The notes: generated from the sequence alone by a model not told the origin. A stretch of 64,000 nt of DNA from Nitrosopumilus sp. (GCA_965214775.1 OZ243974.1:1216001-1280000), one strand, 5' to 3'. Positions 44,421 to 54,677 are shown, numbered from the stretch's first letter. Made by a program: numbers and translations.

Positions 44421-45176
44421 TCTTGCTTTTCTGTATCCATGGCTGAACTCTTTGTCATACAGCCTTGAATATTCGTATTTTTCGGGATCTATCACATCGC
44501 CAATGATTACAATTGCCGTTCTGGTAATCCCTTCTTCTTGAATTTGCCTTACAATTGTCTGCAATGTCCCCCTTACTATCTTCTGATCCTTCCAGCTTGC
44601 CCTGTACACGACTGCAACCGGCGTAGATTTTTTGTATCCGCCCGCGATAGCCTCTTTGACTAAAACTGAAGCCAAATGCACGCTAAGATAAAAAATCAGG
44701 GTTGCCTTGTGCTTTGCAAGTTCTGAGATTTTTTCACGCCTGGGAACCTTTGTTCGTGACTCTGCCCTTGTAACGATAATTGTCTGTGTCACTCCTGGCA
44801 GGGTGAGCTGAGTCCCCAGTGCGGCAGCCGAGGCCAGAAACGCAGTAATTCCGGGTACGACAGCTGACTTGACTCCCTTTTTTTCCAGACTGTCGATCTG
44901 CTCTTTTATCGCCCCATAGATTGACGGATCACCATCATGCAGCCTGACGACAAGCTTGCTCTTTCTTGCGTTCTTGTACAGCAGATCAAAGATCTCTTCC
45001 CTTACAAGCTTTGCTGCATCATACAGTTTCCCTTTTTTGCACATCTTTAGGACTGGTTCTGGAATTAATGATCCCGAATAAACAACAACATCAGCTTTTT
45101 GGATTAGCTTTTTTGCCTTGATGGTAATTAATTCGGGATCTCCCGGCCCACACCCCACGAAATAAACGTTAGGCAC
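44412..45176 (-). CDS. cbiF: Cobalt-precorrin-4 C11-methyltransferase
   Basis: GCGPGDPELIT, RLHDGDPSIYGA, ASW, YSRLYD..FSHGYR. Confidence 0.95.
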   Translation of the reverse strand: MPNVYFVGCGPGDPELITIKAKKLIQKADVVVYSGSLIPEPVLKMCKKGKLYDAAKLVREEIFDLLYKNARKSKLVVRLHDGDPSIYGAIKEQIDSLEKKGVKSAVVPGITAFLASAAALGTQLTLPGVTQTIIVTRAESRTKVPRREKISELAKHKATLIFYLSVHLASVLVKEAIAGGYKKSTPVAVVYRASWKDQKIVRGTLQTIVRQIQEEGITRTAIVIIGDVIDPEKYEYSRLYDKEFSHGYRKARSK

Positions 45177-45894
45177 GCCGTTTTACCACCAATATTGAAA
45201 AGTATTTTGTCGTTAATGTGCCGTCATTGACATCCCCAAGCCTTAACTTCCTGATAATCTCGTTTTCAGTTCCCAGATCCTGTCCTATTGCAAAAACAGA
45301 GTCGTCTGGAAAGCCCGATTCTTTTAGAACATCTATGACCTGATCAAAGTATCTCCCGTCTTTTAGGAACACCATTGTTTCAGAGTTCCTTGCAATCTCT
45401 TTTACACCGGACAAGTCATAGCACGAGGGAATGATTGCCACCTTTTCTGCACCTTCTGCAATACTTACTCCGACTTTTGATGCAAATGTGAACATGGACA
45501 CTATTCCCGGGATTACACTGATCTTCATTTCCGGATGGTTTTCCTCCAAGTCCTTGTGCATGTATATCCAGGTACTGTACAGGTACGGATCACCGACTGT
45601 AAGATAGACCACGTTTTTCCCTGACAAAACCCTTTTGGCCATTATATTTGCATTTTTTTTCCACGTCTGCTCTAGAACGTCCCTGTCTTTTGTCATGGGA
45701 AAAATCAATTTTACGATTTCCTGGTTCCTTGATCTGTCAATCAGGGGATCCACCACCGATAGTGCAATGCTTGGCCTGTCTTCTCTTGATGCCGGACACA
45801 TTATAGTGTCTGCATTCTGAATGGCCTTTACAGCTTTGACAGTAAGCAAATCGGGATCTCCGGGCCCTACCCCGATACCAATCAATCCTGGCAT
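45169..45894 (-). CDS. cbiL: Cobalt-precorrin-2 C20-methyltransferase
   Basis: GVGPGDPDLLT, FPMTKD, GDPYLYST, YFS. Confidence 0.95.
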   Translation of the reverse strand: MPGLIGIGVGPGDPDLLTVKAVKAIQNADTIMCPASREDRPSIALSVVDPLIDRSRNQEIVKLIFPMTKDRDVLEQTWKKNANIMAKRVLSGKNVVYLTVGDPYLYSTWIYMHKDLEENHPEMKISVIPGIVSMFTFASKVGVSIAEGAEKVAIIPSCYDLSGVKEIARNSETMVFLKDGRYFDQVIDVLKESGFPDDSVFAIGQDLGTENEIIRKLRLGDVNDGTLTTKYFSILVVKRRA

Positions 45895-45930
45895 GAATGA
45901 TATCCCGACTTGCCCAATTAAATATCTAGA

Positions 45931-46527
45931 CTAGCGGTTGTTCCTTGTTGCAGAAACTATTGTTACCGGATTTCTTGCAAGCATCATCGTACCCGTGCTT
46001 GTTTTTCTGCTCTTTGAAATAGTTACTTGGGTAACATCCACTGATGCAAATTCGATCTTCTCTAGCACCTTTAGCACCGAATACAACGTTTCAATTAGTA
46101 TTGTTCCGATAACAATTCTGCCGCCCGGCTTGAGCTTGTCTCTGCACAACTCAACAATATCGGCCGTCTCACCGCCTGTTCCGCCTACAAAAATTGCATC
46201 AGCCGGTTCCAGCTCCTTGATCTTCTCTTTTGCATTTCCAAGCACAAGGGACACGTTTGAAAGATTGAACTTTTGGATGTTTTTCTTTGTTATTTTTATT
46301 GCATCCTCATCAAAATCAATTCCGATTACCCTGCCTGTTTGCTCAATTTGTATTGCCGCCTCTACCGTAACTGATCCGCTTCCACATCCGATGTCGTATA
46401 CCGTCTGCCCCGGAAGCAGTCTTGCCTTGCTAATTTGAATTGCTCTTACTTCCTCTTTTGTTATCGGAACTTTTTCTGTCCTCTCAAACATCTCATCAGG
46501 AATGCCCGGCGTTTTAAAACTCCACAT
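45931..46527 (-). CDS. cbiT: Cobalt-precorrin-6B C15-methyltransferase (decarboxylating)
   Basis: PITKEEVR, DIGCGSGS, ARNPVTI. Confidence 0.95.
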   Translation of the reverse strand: MWSFKTPGIPDEMFERTEKVPITKEEVRAIQISKARLLPGQTVYDIGCGSGSVTVEAAIQIEQTGRVIGIDFDEDAIKITKKNIQKFNLSNVSLVLGNAKEKIKELEPADAIFVGGTGGETADIVELCRDKLKPGGRIVIGTILIETLYSVLKVLEKIEFASVDVTQVTISKSRKTSTGTMMLARNPVTIVSATRNNR

Positions 46528-46560
46528 ATCGTTACATTCTCCTAGTTATTTTTAAAATAA

Positions 46561-47037
46561 TTATATGTTGATTCCAGCAGACGCACTTCCAGAATGGACT
46601 AGCGTATGGCTTACAATCCATGTAAACAAATACAAAAAGACATAGCTGCCTATTGCCTGTGTGACAATTTTTTTCCTGTCTGATGAGGGCAGCTGCATTT
46701 TCATTCCTTTTGCAATGGCTATCGTAACAACAAAGACAACTATCATAAATCCGATTGATGCCCATCTCCTGTCCTCTCCCTCAATATCTTCAAAGATGAA
46801 CGTTGCAGCAGTACCTGCAATGACAGCTAATGCGACCCTTAGCCAAAATAACTTGTTTAGTTTTTTATCCTTGTCACTTTTTTCGCCATGGCTTATATGG
46901 GGTTCTGGCGGCAATTCTGTTTCGGGCTTTTCGACATCTGGAGCGGCCTCCTCCCCTTCAACCTCCTTTGGGAGCTCTTTCTCAGATTTTTTAGGCTCTG
47001 GTGTTGGTTTTGATCTTCTCTTTTTGAATTTTGCCAA
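46561..47037 (-). CDS. Hypothetical membrane protein with three TM helices
   Basis: Charged N-terminus plus three hydrophobic helices; co-oriented with the cbi genes. Confidence 0.8.
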   Translation of the reverse strand: MAKFKKRRSKPTPEPKKSEKELPKEVEGEEAAPDVEKPETELPPEPHISHGEKSDKDKKLNKLFWLRVALAVIAGTAATFIFEDIEGEDRRWASIGFMIVVFVVTIAIAKGMKMQLPSSDRKKIVTQAIGSYVFLYLFTWIVSHTLVHSGSASAGINI

Positions 47038-47140
47038 GTAAATTTCTAGCGTGACTCCACCAAAGCTTGTTTAAAATCTTTGGCAATTTGTTGGCATTTT
47101 TTGTCGCAAGAGTATAATTTTGGAGAAGCGATCCTAATTT

Positions 47141-49081
47141 ATGACACTTGCCGGCATCGAGCTTCGGTATCTTGTTGATACCATAACCGAACAAGCAGGG
47201 GGCTACTATGTCAGCAACATCTATGGAATTACCTGCGATAGCATCCTTTTGAAACTTCATCATACAGAAAAGCCTGATCTGTTCCTTATGGTTTCTACAA
47301 TGGGAGTGTGGTTGACGTCAGTCAAAATTGAACAGATTGAGCCAAACAAGTTGCAAAGACGGCTAAGAAGCGACATTCTCAGACTGAAACTAAAAGAAAT
47401 CAGGCAGATTGGTTCAGAACGAATAGCATATTTTGATTTTGAGGGGTTTGGAAAAAAGTTTGTTCTGGTTGCCGAATTTTTTGGCGATGGAAACATCATT
47501 TTGTGCAATGGGCAAATGAAGGTTCTTGCATTACAGCATTCCGTTGATGTAAGACATAGGAAATTGGGTGTCGGGCTAGAGTACGTTCCACCCCCGCAAA
47601 ACGGATTGGATATTTTTGAGATAAGTGAAAAGAACTTTCATGAATTAAAGCAAACTGACTTGATCGCAGTCAAATGGCTGGGCCGTACGTTGGGACTGCC
47701 AAAAAAATATGCAGAAGGGATTTTCAAAATTGCCAACCTTGATCCAAAGGTTAAGGGAAGCCATTTGACTTTTGACCAAATCAAGATCATCTTTCAAACT
47801 ACCCAGCAAATTGTAACTGATGTTGCTACTGGCAACCATAAACCTGTAATCATAAAATCCGACAAAACCGAGGTTTGTCCGATAACCTTTAACAAATCAG
47901 ACGAATCATGCGTTGAAGTTGACAGCTTCATTGCAGGATTGGACAAAGTTTTTACAGACTCGCTGGTTAGCCGGGGAAAGACAGCCCGATCAGCCGTTCC
48001 AAATAAAAAAATTCAGGAATTAGAGTCGCAACTTTCTGAGCAAGAAAAAGCAGTCAAATTAGTCAAAGAGAGATCTGACTCTATTACAAAAGTAGCAAAT
48101 TCGTTGTTTGAAATGATCTCTGTCGGCATTACGTCAATTCAGGATGCTAGAGCCATTGAAAAACTAGCAAACTTAAATGCGGAATTACTGACTGAAAAAG
48201 GCATTTCTTTTGTTGTAATTGCCGGTGAAAAAATAAAAACTGACTATGAATCATCGTTACAATCAATTGCATCTGCTCTATTTGATGAAGCAAAGCACCA
48301 AGCAAGAGCCATCGATTCGATTGAAGAGATAAAAAATAGAACGCAAAAGAGACTGGAAAAACTACTAGCAAAGACTGAATCTGAAGAAAATTCAATCACT
48401 GTTTCTAGTATTAGGAAAAAAAATTGGTACGAGCGTTATAGGTGGTTTGTTACCACTGACGGATACCTGGCTATTGGCGGACGTGATGCAGCTTCAAATT
48501 CTGCGGTTATAAGAAAGCATCTTGGTAACAGTGACAAAGTTTTCCATGCAGACATTTTTGGCTCCCCGTTCTTTATACTAAAAGACGCAAATGTGTCTTC
48601 CAGCATTTCTATGAACGAAGTCGCACATGCAACTGCTTGTTTTAGCAGAGCCTGGAGGGAAGGACTGTATGGCGTTCGCTCGTATTGGGTCAATCCCGAT
48701 CAGGTAAAAAAGTCGGCACCCAGCGGGGAATTCCTGCCAAAAGGATCCTTTACAATCGAAGGGCAGCGAAATTTCATCAAAGCGCAGGCCTTGAAGCTGG
48801 CAGTGGGAATTTTGCCGCAAGATGATGACTCTTTTGCACTGACATGCGGCCCTGTTGACCCAATCAAAAAAAATTCCGTTCTTTATGCCGTTATTGAGCC
48901 GCATGGGATTGAAATGGCCGAGGCTGCCAAAAAAATTAAAGCTGAATTTTCAAAACTAAACGAGGATGTTGCAAAAAACATCCCTCTTGATGATTTTGTC
49001 AGGGTTTTGCCTGCAGGCAAAAGCCAAATAAGAGAGGTTAGTTACGGGGATCTCCCTCCCTCTCGGATCTCTCTTTTATAA
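47141..49081 (+). CDS. rqcH: Ribosome rescue protein RqcH / NFACT (FbpA) family
   Basis: EFFGDGNIIL, WYERYRWF, GGRDAASN, FHADIFGSP, QVKKSAPSGEFLPKGSF. Confidence 0.93.
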   Translation: MTLAGIELRYLVDTITEQAGGYYVSNIYGITCDSILLKLHHTEKPDLFLMVSTMGVWLTSVKIEQIEPNKLQRRLRSDILRLKLKEIRQIGSERIAYFDFEGFGKKFVLVAEFFGDGNIILCNGQMKVLALQHSVDVRHRKLGVGLEYVPPPQNGLDIFEISEKNFHELKQTDLIAVKWLGRTLGLPKKYAEGIFKIANLDPKVKGSHLTFDQIKIIFQTTQQIVTDVATGNHKPVIIKSDKTEVCPITFNKSDESCVEVDSFIAGLDKVFTDSLVSRGKTARSAVPNKKIQELESQLSEQEKAVKLVKERSDSITKVANSLFEMISVGITSIQDARAIEKLANLNAELLTEKGISFVVIAGEKIKTDYESSLQSIASALFDEAKHQARAIDSIEEIKNRTQKRLEKLLAKTESEENSITVSSIRKKNWYERYRWFVTTDGYLAIGGRDAASNSAVIRKHLGNSDKVFHADIFGSPFFILKDANVSSSISMNEVAHATACFSRAWREGLYGVRSYWVNPDQVKKSAPSGEFLPKGSFTIEGQRNFIKAQALKLAVGILPQDDDSFALTCGPVDPIKKNSVLYAVIEPHGIEMAEAAKKIKAEFSKLNEDVAKNIPLDDFVRVLPAGKSQIREVSYGDLPPSRISLL

Positions 49082-49295
49082 TCTCAATTTTTTTGATGCA
49101 CTGCGATGTCGTCCTGCACAAATTCTTTTCCGGAACCTTCCGATCAAATTTTTGAAGCCCTTCTCAAGAATCGATCAAAAGCTTGAGATCCAAGGTGGGC
49201 CCAGCCAACTGGTCATATGCGTAAGAATTTACCCCCTCCCGAAAATACGGCGTGGTAGGCACGGTGTTCAAGGCTCCGGCCAGCAGTGCCGCCTG

Positions 49296-50643
49296 AGAGG
49301 TGATCCGAAATTAGAAATCGAGCGCCCCGTCCGCAGCCGTCCTGCTGCCGCCACTCATTAGGCCGCAGCAGCGATTCTGGCCGGCACCCTATCGTTGACC
49401 AGTCCGCACACGATACTGTTGGCAAGGTCGTACTTTTTGAGTGGGTTTCGGTACCGGTCGCCCATGATCCTGTATGTTTTGACCCTGCGTATGGTGTTCT
49501 CCACGTACACACGTATCTTTGAGTGCGTGATATTGTACTCTTTTTGCGCATCGGTGAGCTTGCCGCCCGGTTTTTTCTTGATGGAAAGATGATGTCCGTG
49601 CCTGCATCCACTAACTGTGCTCCCTGGTATCCGCGATCCATGTAGTGACGAATCTTGTGCTCTTTTGTTGTTGTTGCGGCGCATCACCATCCCCGCTGCC
49701 GCCGGGACACTTTTTCTCCTTCTCCTTCTCCTTTCTTTGGTCGTACCGGAACGTGGGATGCCTCATCTGGTACATCGTGATGTCGTTTACGCGTCCCGGA
49801 GAGTGGGGTGTCTTGTGCACTATGAGTCCGTGGATGTTGGTGGTGTACTGAACCTTGACTGTGTGCCTGCCTGCCTTGCCTGAATAGTGCGATTTCTCCA
49901 TATCCTTTCTCTTGGGCCTGCATATCTTTTGTTCTGAGGCATCTGTCAGGCAGACAAGTTCTGGCAATACGTCCATTAGTTCCTCTACTGAGGATTATTC
50001 TCTTGGTGCCCGAATAGATCTTTTCGGGGATCGACAGGCACCCCTTGAGAACCGGCGCAATCCTGTCTATCGAGCGCGAGACTGATGCCTGCCCGTACGA
50101 GGTCACCTACCCCCATCAGTCAGGCACAAATTAGCATGAATGATTGTAATCTTCGTGCCTAGCTAGCAAGGGGACGTGACCACATACTGCCTGCCCTATT
50201 CCGAACATGGCAGATGCAACATCCTGTGTGACGTACGTCCTGTAGTAGAACAGGGACAGCAGAAGACTCTCCTTCAGAAAGTAACATTCTACAGATTCCG
50301 CGACCGCCAAACCAAGTAGTAGAACAGGGACAGCAGAAGACTCTCCTTCAGGCTGAGGGCAGTCGGGCGTCCTGCACCGATGATGTCACGCTTGCGGTCT
50401 TTTTTGGCAGAAAGCAGAAAGCCTCTTTCTGTCCATCTTTGGGTGTTTTTTTGCCACCTTTGCATACAACAAATCAAATTCGGGGGCAGTCATGCCGGCA
50501 AACATCTTCTTGAATGTCCCGGGGGTTTTTTGACAATTTATCAAATAACTTCATGAATTATGTACATTTTACTAGCGTTTGGATCGGGTTGGTGTACATT
50601 ATGTGTCTGTTTGATCAAAATTTGCTAATTTCGAATCAACTCT
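49296..50643 (-). mobile_element. IS5-family (ISL2-like, DDE_Tnp_4) element, pseudogenised; likely parent of the most abundant MITE
   Basis: Termini AGAGGTGATCCGAAATTAG / CTAATTTCGAATCAACTCT; fragments DASEQ...YSGK, ADxGYQG-like, RVYVENTIRRVK; frameshifts and insertions. Confidence 0.88.
50242..50351. repeat. Exact 36-bp duplication flanking a 38-bp insert inside the IS5 transposase
   Basis: GTAGTAGAACAGGGACAGCAGAAGACTCTCCTTCAG at 50242-50277 and 50316-50351. Confidence 0.95.
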
Positions 50644-50676
50644 CAGATGACGATGTATGCTCGAATCCATCTACTG

Positions 50677-50837
50677 AGAGACGATTCGAAACTAGAAACC
50701 GTGCAAATGCCCGGATTTTTCTGTATCTTTGTCAAGTAATTTTACAGACAGACAACCTGCCATTTGTGATCATTTCAATCGATTTGATGCAAGTTTGCTT
50801 GTACATGATCTGAATCTGCCAATTTCGAATCAGCCCT
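50677..50837. mobile_element. Diverged IS5-type MITE
   Basis: Degenerate IRs and CTG TSD. Confidence 0.7.
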
Positions 50838-51017
50838 CTGGCAATGCCAGTCATCGCCGGGATGGCTGCAGCGCCGTCCAAGTTCTCTATCACGAGCTTA
50901 TTCGGGTTCTGGCAAATGCCAGTCATCGCCGGGATGGCTGCTTGCAGACGACGGAACCAGGCTGATGCGCACATACGAGTTCTGGCAAATGCCAGTCATC
51001 GCCGGGATGGCTGCAGC
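50838..51017. CRISPR. CRISPR-like mini-array: three ~36-bp repeats and two 36-37-bp spacers; no cas genes or AT-rich leader
   Basis: GTTCTGGCAAATGCCAGTCATCGCCGGGATGGCTGC at 50906-50941 and 50979-51014, variant at 50838-50872; spacer 50942-50978 equals 39410-39446. Confidence 0.6.
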
Positions 51018-52611
51018 ACCCGTATGCAGGCGGGGCGTATGTGTGGTGCGTGGGGACCGGGGCGGTCTGGTTTATCGCGTACACGCGGACGTTGTCATAC
51101 CAGTTGTGGTGATCCCAGTCCGTTCCCCATATGTCGCGCATGTATAAGACGATGGTGATCGCGTCGCGCCCGGAGGCGTGTCCGGTTATGTCCGTCGTGT
51201 ACGTCTGCCATCCGGTGTCTGTCGTGCCACCAAGCACCAGGTATGAACGGTGCAGCCAGTTGCCCGAGTCCGCATCCAGTATCGCCATCCGAGTGTTGGT
51301 CACGGAGCTGTCTGGGGTTGCGCCGATGGCCTTGTAGTCGTAGGACAGCACGAGCCTCTGCCCGGACACGTCTAGGGAGGATACGTCGACGGTCTTCTGC
51401 ATGCCAGCATATACCACGATCTCGTCCTCCGTGTGCACGTGTGCCGCAGTCCGGCCGTCAACGGACTGCCTGCCAATCTCGTACTCTGTCGCGGTGCCCC
51501 AGTACGACCAGCCCTCAAGCGAGGAATCAAAGGTGTCGTTGAGCGGCATCGCGTGCCTTGTCTGGTGGACCGCCTCCGTCGGTAGCATCTCGACGGTGCC
51601 CGAGCCGGCCCCCTGCCGCACCGCGTATCCGTCAAAGATCCATTCGGAGTGGCCCGTGATGTCGACCGAGCGCAGGATCAATGTATGGCCGTGCGGCGGG
51701 CGCGAGGCCTCTATGAAAAGGGTCACCTCGTCCAGCTGCGAGCGCGACCAGTCCGGCGTCAGGACTACCGTCAGATCGGAGGCGTCATGCGGGGCCGCAT
51801 GCAAGTGCGGGCGCTCGTATGATGCCAGGACGCCGCCGCCCTTGGATGCTGGCCAGGATTCCGTAAAGTCGGATCGATGCCCATCTTCTCGATCCAGCAG
51901 TGCAGGGCCGCCCTTGGATGCTGGCCAGGATTCCGTAAAGTCGGACGCGGCGTACCTTGAATACCCCCCGTCGCGGAGGTATGCGCCGACGTATGGATCC
52001 GTCTCCAGCCCCACATCCAGCACGATGTCGCGGCCGCGCAGCTCCGCGGCGGGGAATGACTTGAAGAGGTGCATTGTGCCGTGGCCGGAGGTAGTCGACC
52101 AGAGCGCGATGTCAGATAGCGACTGCGGATTCATGGTCGCTACCACCGCGCCGTCTCCCCCCACCATCTGGTACTGCCAAGCCGTGTCCAGATAGGACGG
52201 ATCCACTGTTACCGTTGAAGTGGCAGTTACCGTGTTGCCCGACGAGTCGGTTGCGATCCACAGCACGGTAGTCGTGCCAAACCCTAGCCTTGCCGTCGTG
52301 CTGTGGCTCCCAGTCACGTTGTTTGTCACGATGACGGCGGGATCGTCCGCGTTGGCCACCGAGGCCGTTCCCAGATCTACCGTGGTGAGGATTCCCTTGG
52401 CGGCCACCTTTGTATCCGGCGGGACGGTAAGGACGGGCAATTCGCCGCCTGCCTCGTCGGCGGCCCTCATGCCAGACCAATCATAGGTTACAAGAAACGA
52501 TACGACTATCGCTGCGGCCAGTACGGCTACCAGCACTGCGGCTGTCCTCTCAGGGCGCAAACGCCACGGCGTGCGGCTCGCATCCGGCGTTACGGAATGG
52601 GATTCCGACAT
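50923..52611 (-). CDS. Membrane-anchored exoprotein with a HYR-like domain and probable carbohydrate-binding beta domains; 3' end runs into the mini-array
   Basis: N-terminal TM; GTTTVLWIATDSSGN; duplicated DFTESWPASKGG. Confidence 0.8.
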   Translation of the reverse strand: MSESHSVTPDASRTPWRLRPERTAAVLVAVLAAAIVVSFLVTYDWSGMRAADEAGGELPVLTVPPDTKVAAKGILTTVDLGTASVANADDPAVIVTNNVTGSHSTTARLGFGTTTVLWIATDSSGNTVTATSTVTVDPSYLDTAWQYQMVGGDGAVVATMNPQSLSDIALWSTTSGHGTMHLFKSFPAAELRGRDIVLDVGLETDPYVGAYLRDGGYSRYAASDFTESWPASKGGPALLDREDGHRSDFTESWPASKGGGVLASYERPHLHAAPHDASDLTVVLTPDWSRSQLDEVTLFIEASRPPHGHTLILRSVDITGHSEWIFDGYAVRQGAGSGTVEMLPTEAVHQTRHAMPLNDTFDSSLEGWSYWGTATEYEIGRQSVDGRTAAHVHTEDEIVVYAGMQKTVDVSSLDVSGQRLVLSYDYKAIGATPDSSVTNTRMAILDADSGNWLHRSYLVLGGTTDTGWQTYTTDITGHASGRDAITIVLYMRDIWGTDWDHHNWYDNVRVYAINQTAPVPTHHTYAPPAYGCCSHPGDDWHLPELVCAHQPGSVVCKQPSRR

Positions 52612-53112
52612 CTTCCCAGCCCCAAACTATGCGCCGCCGTATTGCCTGACTTTGACATATTTTTTAGCAACGGGATCTCGTTTTTATCTTTTTTGCGTAG
52701 GCGCCGTTTATCTATTGTGCCGAAATCATTTCGCACCGGCATAAGGAGGCTGGCAAGGACTGCATTATGCTGTACCGATCAGCAAAACCGATGACAAGGC
52801 TTGGAGAGAGACGTGTCAAATACGTAACGAGTCAGTGCGGCAGGGGAACATGGTAATACGCATTTCCGTAAACAAAAGAAGTGGGGGATGGCTGGGCATG
52901 CGCAGATGGCAGTACAAACTGCAGTGGAGGCGCATGAGACAGTATTCTCAGGTCCGGATACAGCCCAAAGAACTTGTCGACGAGCTCCTCTTGAAAGTTT
53001 GCCTGGCGCATCTCGTCCTCCGCGCTGACTTCGGGACATAACACCTCGAAGAATGCTGTCATATCATGCATTGATTACTCCGGGCTGCTCACTCCGCTCA
53101 GCGGATCCTCAG

Positions 53113-53249
53113 AGAGGTGATCCGAAATTAGAAGCCGTGCGAATTTTTCAAGTAATTTCACAGATAATCTGTATTTTGTTGGTGTTTTGAGCCGTTTTAT
53201 GCAAATTCGTTCACAAATAATCAGAGTCTGCTAATTTCGAATCAACTCT
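53113..53249. mobile_element. IS5-type MITE; further copies at 56918-57193 (with nested GGGGTTGTC MITE 56995-57124, TSD GATGTTTTG) and 62820-62956
   Basis: Terminal IRs and CAG TSD. Confidence 0.9.
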
Positions 53250-53439
53250 CAGGCTGATGTGCAGGCTCAGAAAGACAAACACCCGCAGGAGGTTCGGTCT
53301 GCAAGGCCATAGGATGGAACCTTGAGGTGCTAAACAGGATGGAGTGTGCTGCAAGGATTGGCGTGCCGGTGGAGGCAGCCTGAGGTGAATTAGGCGACAA
53401 CCCCCATTTTATCACCTCCTTTTTGATCAAAGTGTGTGT

Positions 53440-53557
53440 GCCCAACTGAACGGAAAACCCCCATTCGCCTCGATTATGTGGCATTTCGTCGTCCGTCTAC
53501 TCTGAGCCAGTCTCTTACGCGCCCTCATGTGTGGCAAGTTTACTTCGGCTCTTGGGC
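53440..53557 (-). ncRNA. Candidate IS110 bridge RNA, copy B (orphan left end about 53405-53735; ORF lost after the ATG)
   Basis: Homologous to 36183-36381, including TTTGATCAAAAAGGAGGTGATAA.ATG; compensatory stem changes. Confidence 0.6.
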
Positions 53558-53861
53558 CCAACACGGATAATATGGCGTCCGCTACGGATAAGATTTGATG
53601 TATGAGGTTACGTCCCCTTGCCGGCTAGGCACGGAAATCATAATTGTACATGCCAATTCATGCCTGATTGATAGGGGTAGGTGACCACATACGATTTGAT
53701 ATAACGTCTCTTACCATCCACCCGCCATCTTGGGATTCTACTTGGGCACAAAATTCCAACCCAAAGACGATCTGAGTTTCATGTCCCAAAGATTACACAG
53801 AACCTGCAAGGCCAATCTTTATATATTTTATGTAACAATAATTGCCTATAGGTAAATTATC

Positions 53862-54677
53862 GTGACACAGAATACAAACATTGGGCTCCAAAATAGACTC
53901 CTTTTGGAACTAGCAGAAAAGGAGATTAACGTGTTTAATTTTGATGATGCAAAAAAGGTTCTGCAGGCCAATAATTCAGCAACAAGGCATGTTCTTATGA
54001 ACCTGACAAGGAAAAGACGGTTACAGAGAATAGAGCGAGGAAAGTATCTTCTAATTCCAGAAAGGGCAGGAATAGAGGGGCATTGGGCTGAATCTTCCTG
54101 GGTTATAGTTCCACATCTGATTGACACATATTATGTCGGCTTTTGGACTGCAATGAATTTTTGGGACATGACAGAACAGATTCCTTACACTGTATTTGTT
54201 GCAACGACTAAAAGAAAACGAAATCTGGAATATTTGAAACAAAGGTTTGAATTTGTAACACTGTCAAAGAAAAAATTCTTTGGGTTCGTCGAGCAGAAGG
54301 CAGGTAACAGAGAAACTTTCAATATCTCATCAAGGGAAAAAACAATCGTAGACGGTTTAATGCATCCCGAATATTGTGGAGGACTAGCAGAAGTAACCAA
54401 AGCAATGTGGAATGCACGAAAAGAGACTGACTGGAAAACCGTTCTTGAAATGGCAGAAAAAGTAGAAATTAACGCTGTTTTAAAGCGATTGGGATATGTG
54501 CTGTCTGTTCTTGACATCGAAGGAAGAATTTCAGAAAAAATAAGGAAAAAAATAAAAAAAAATCCTTATCACTATCTTGATCCTACTGCAAACAAAGACA
54601 GGATTGAAACTTCAAAGGAACATGGATTGTACATCAACAGATCAAAAGACGAGTTATTGGCGTGGATGGATTACTAG
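53862..54677 (+). CDS. Type IV toxin-antitoxin antitoxin, AbiEi family
   Basis: wHTH RIERGKY, MTEQIP..VFVAT, SSREKTIVD, KRLGY. Confidence 0.9.
   Translation: MTQNTNIGLQNRLLLELAEKEINVFNFDDAKKVLQANNSATRHVLMNLTRKRRLQRIERGKYLLIPERAGIEGHWAESSWVIVPHLIDTYYVGFWTAMNFWDMTEQIPYTVFVATTKRKRNLEYLKQRFEFVTLSKKKFFGFVEQKAGNRETFNISSREKTIVDGLMHPEYCGGLAEVTKAMWNARKETDWKTVLEMAEKVEINAVLKRLGYVLSVLDIEGRISEKIRKKIKKNPYHYLDPTANKDRIETSKEHGLYINRSKDELLAWMDY

Noticed and set aside
50838-51017. Canonical CRISPR-Cas locus
   Set aside because: No cas genes in the window, no AT-rich leader, and the repeat register shifts by 3 nt between events; kept only as CRISPR-like.
52700-53100. Short ORFs upstream of the HYR-like gene
   Set aside because: Possibly a decayed gene fragment, but no family could be supported.
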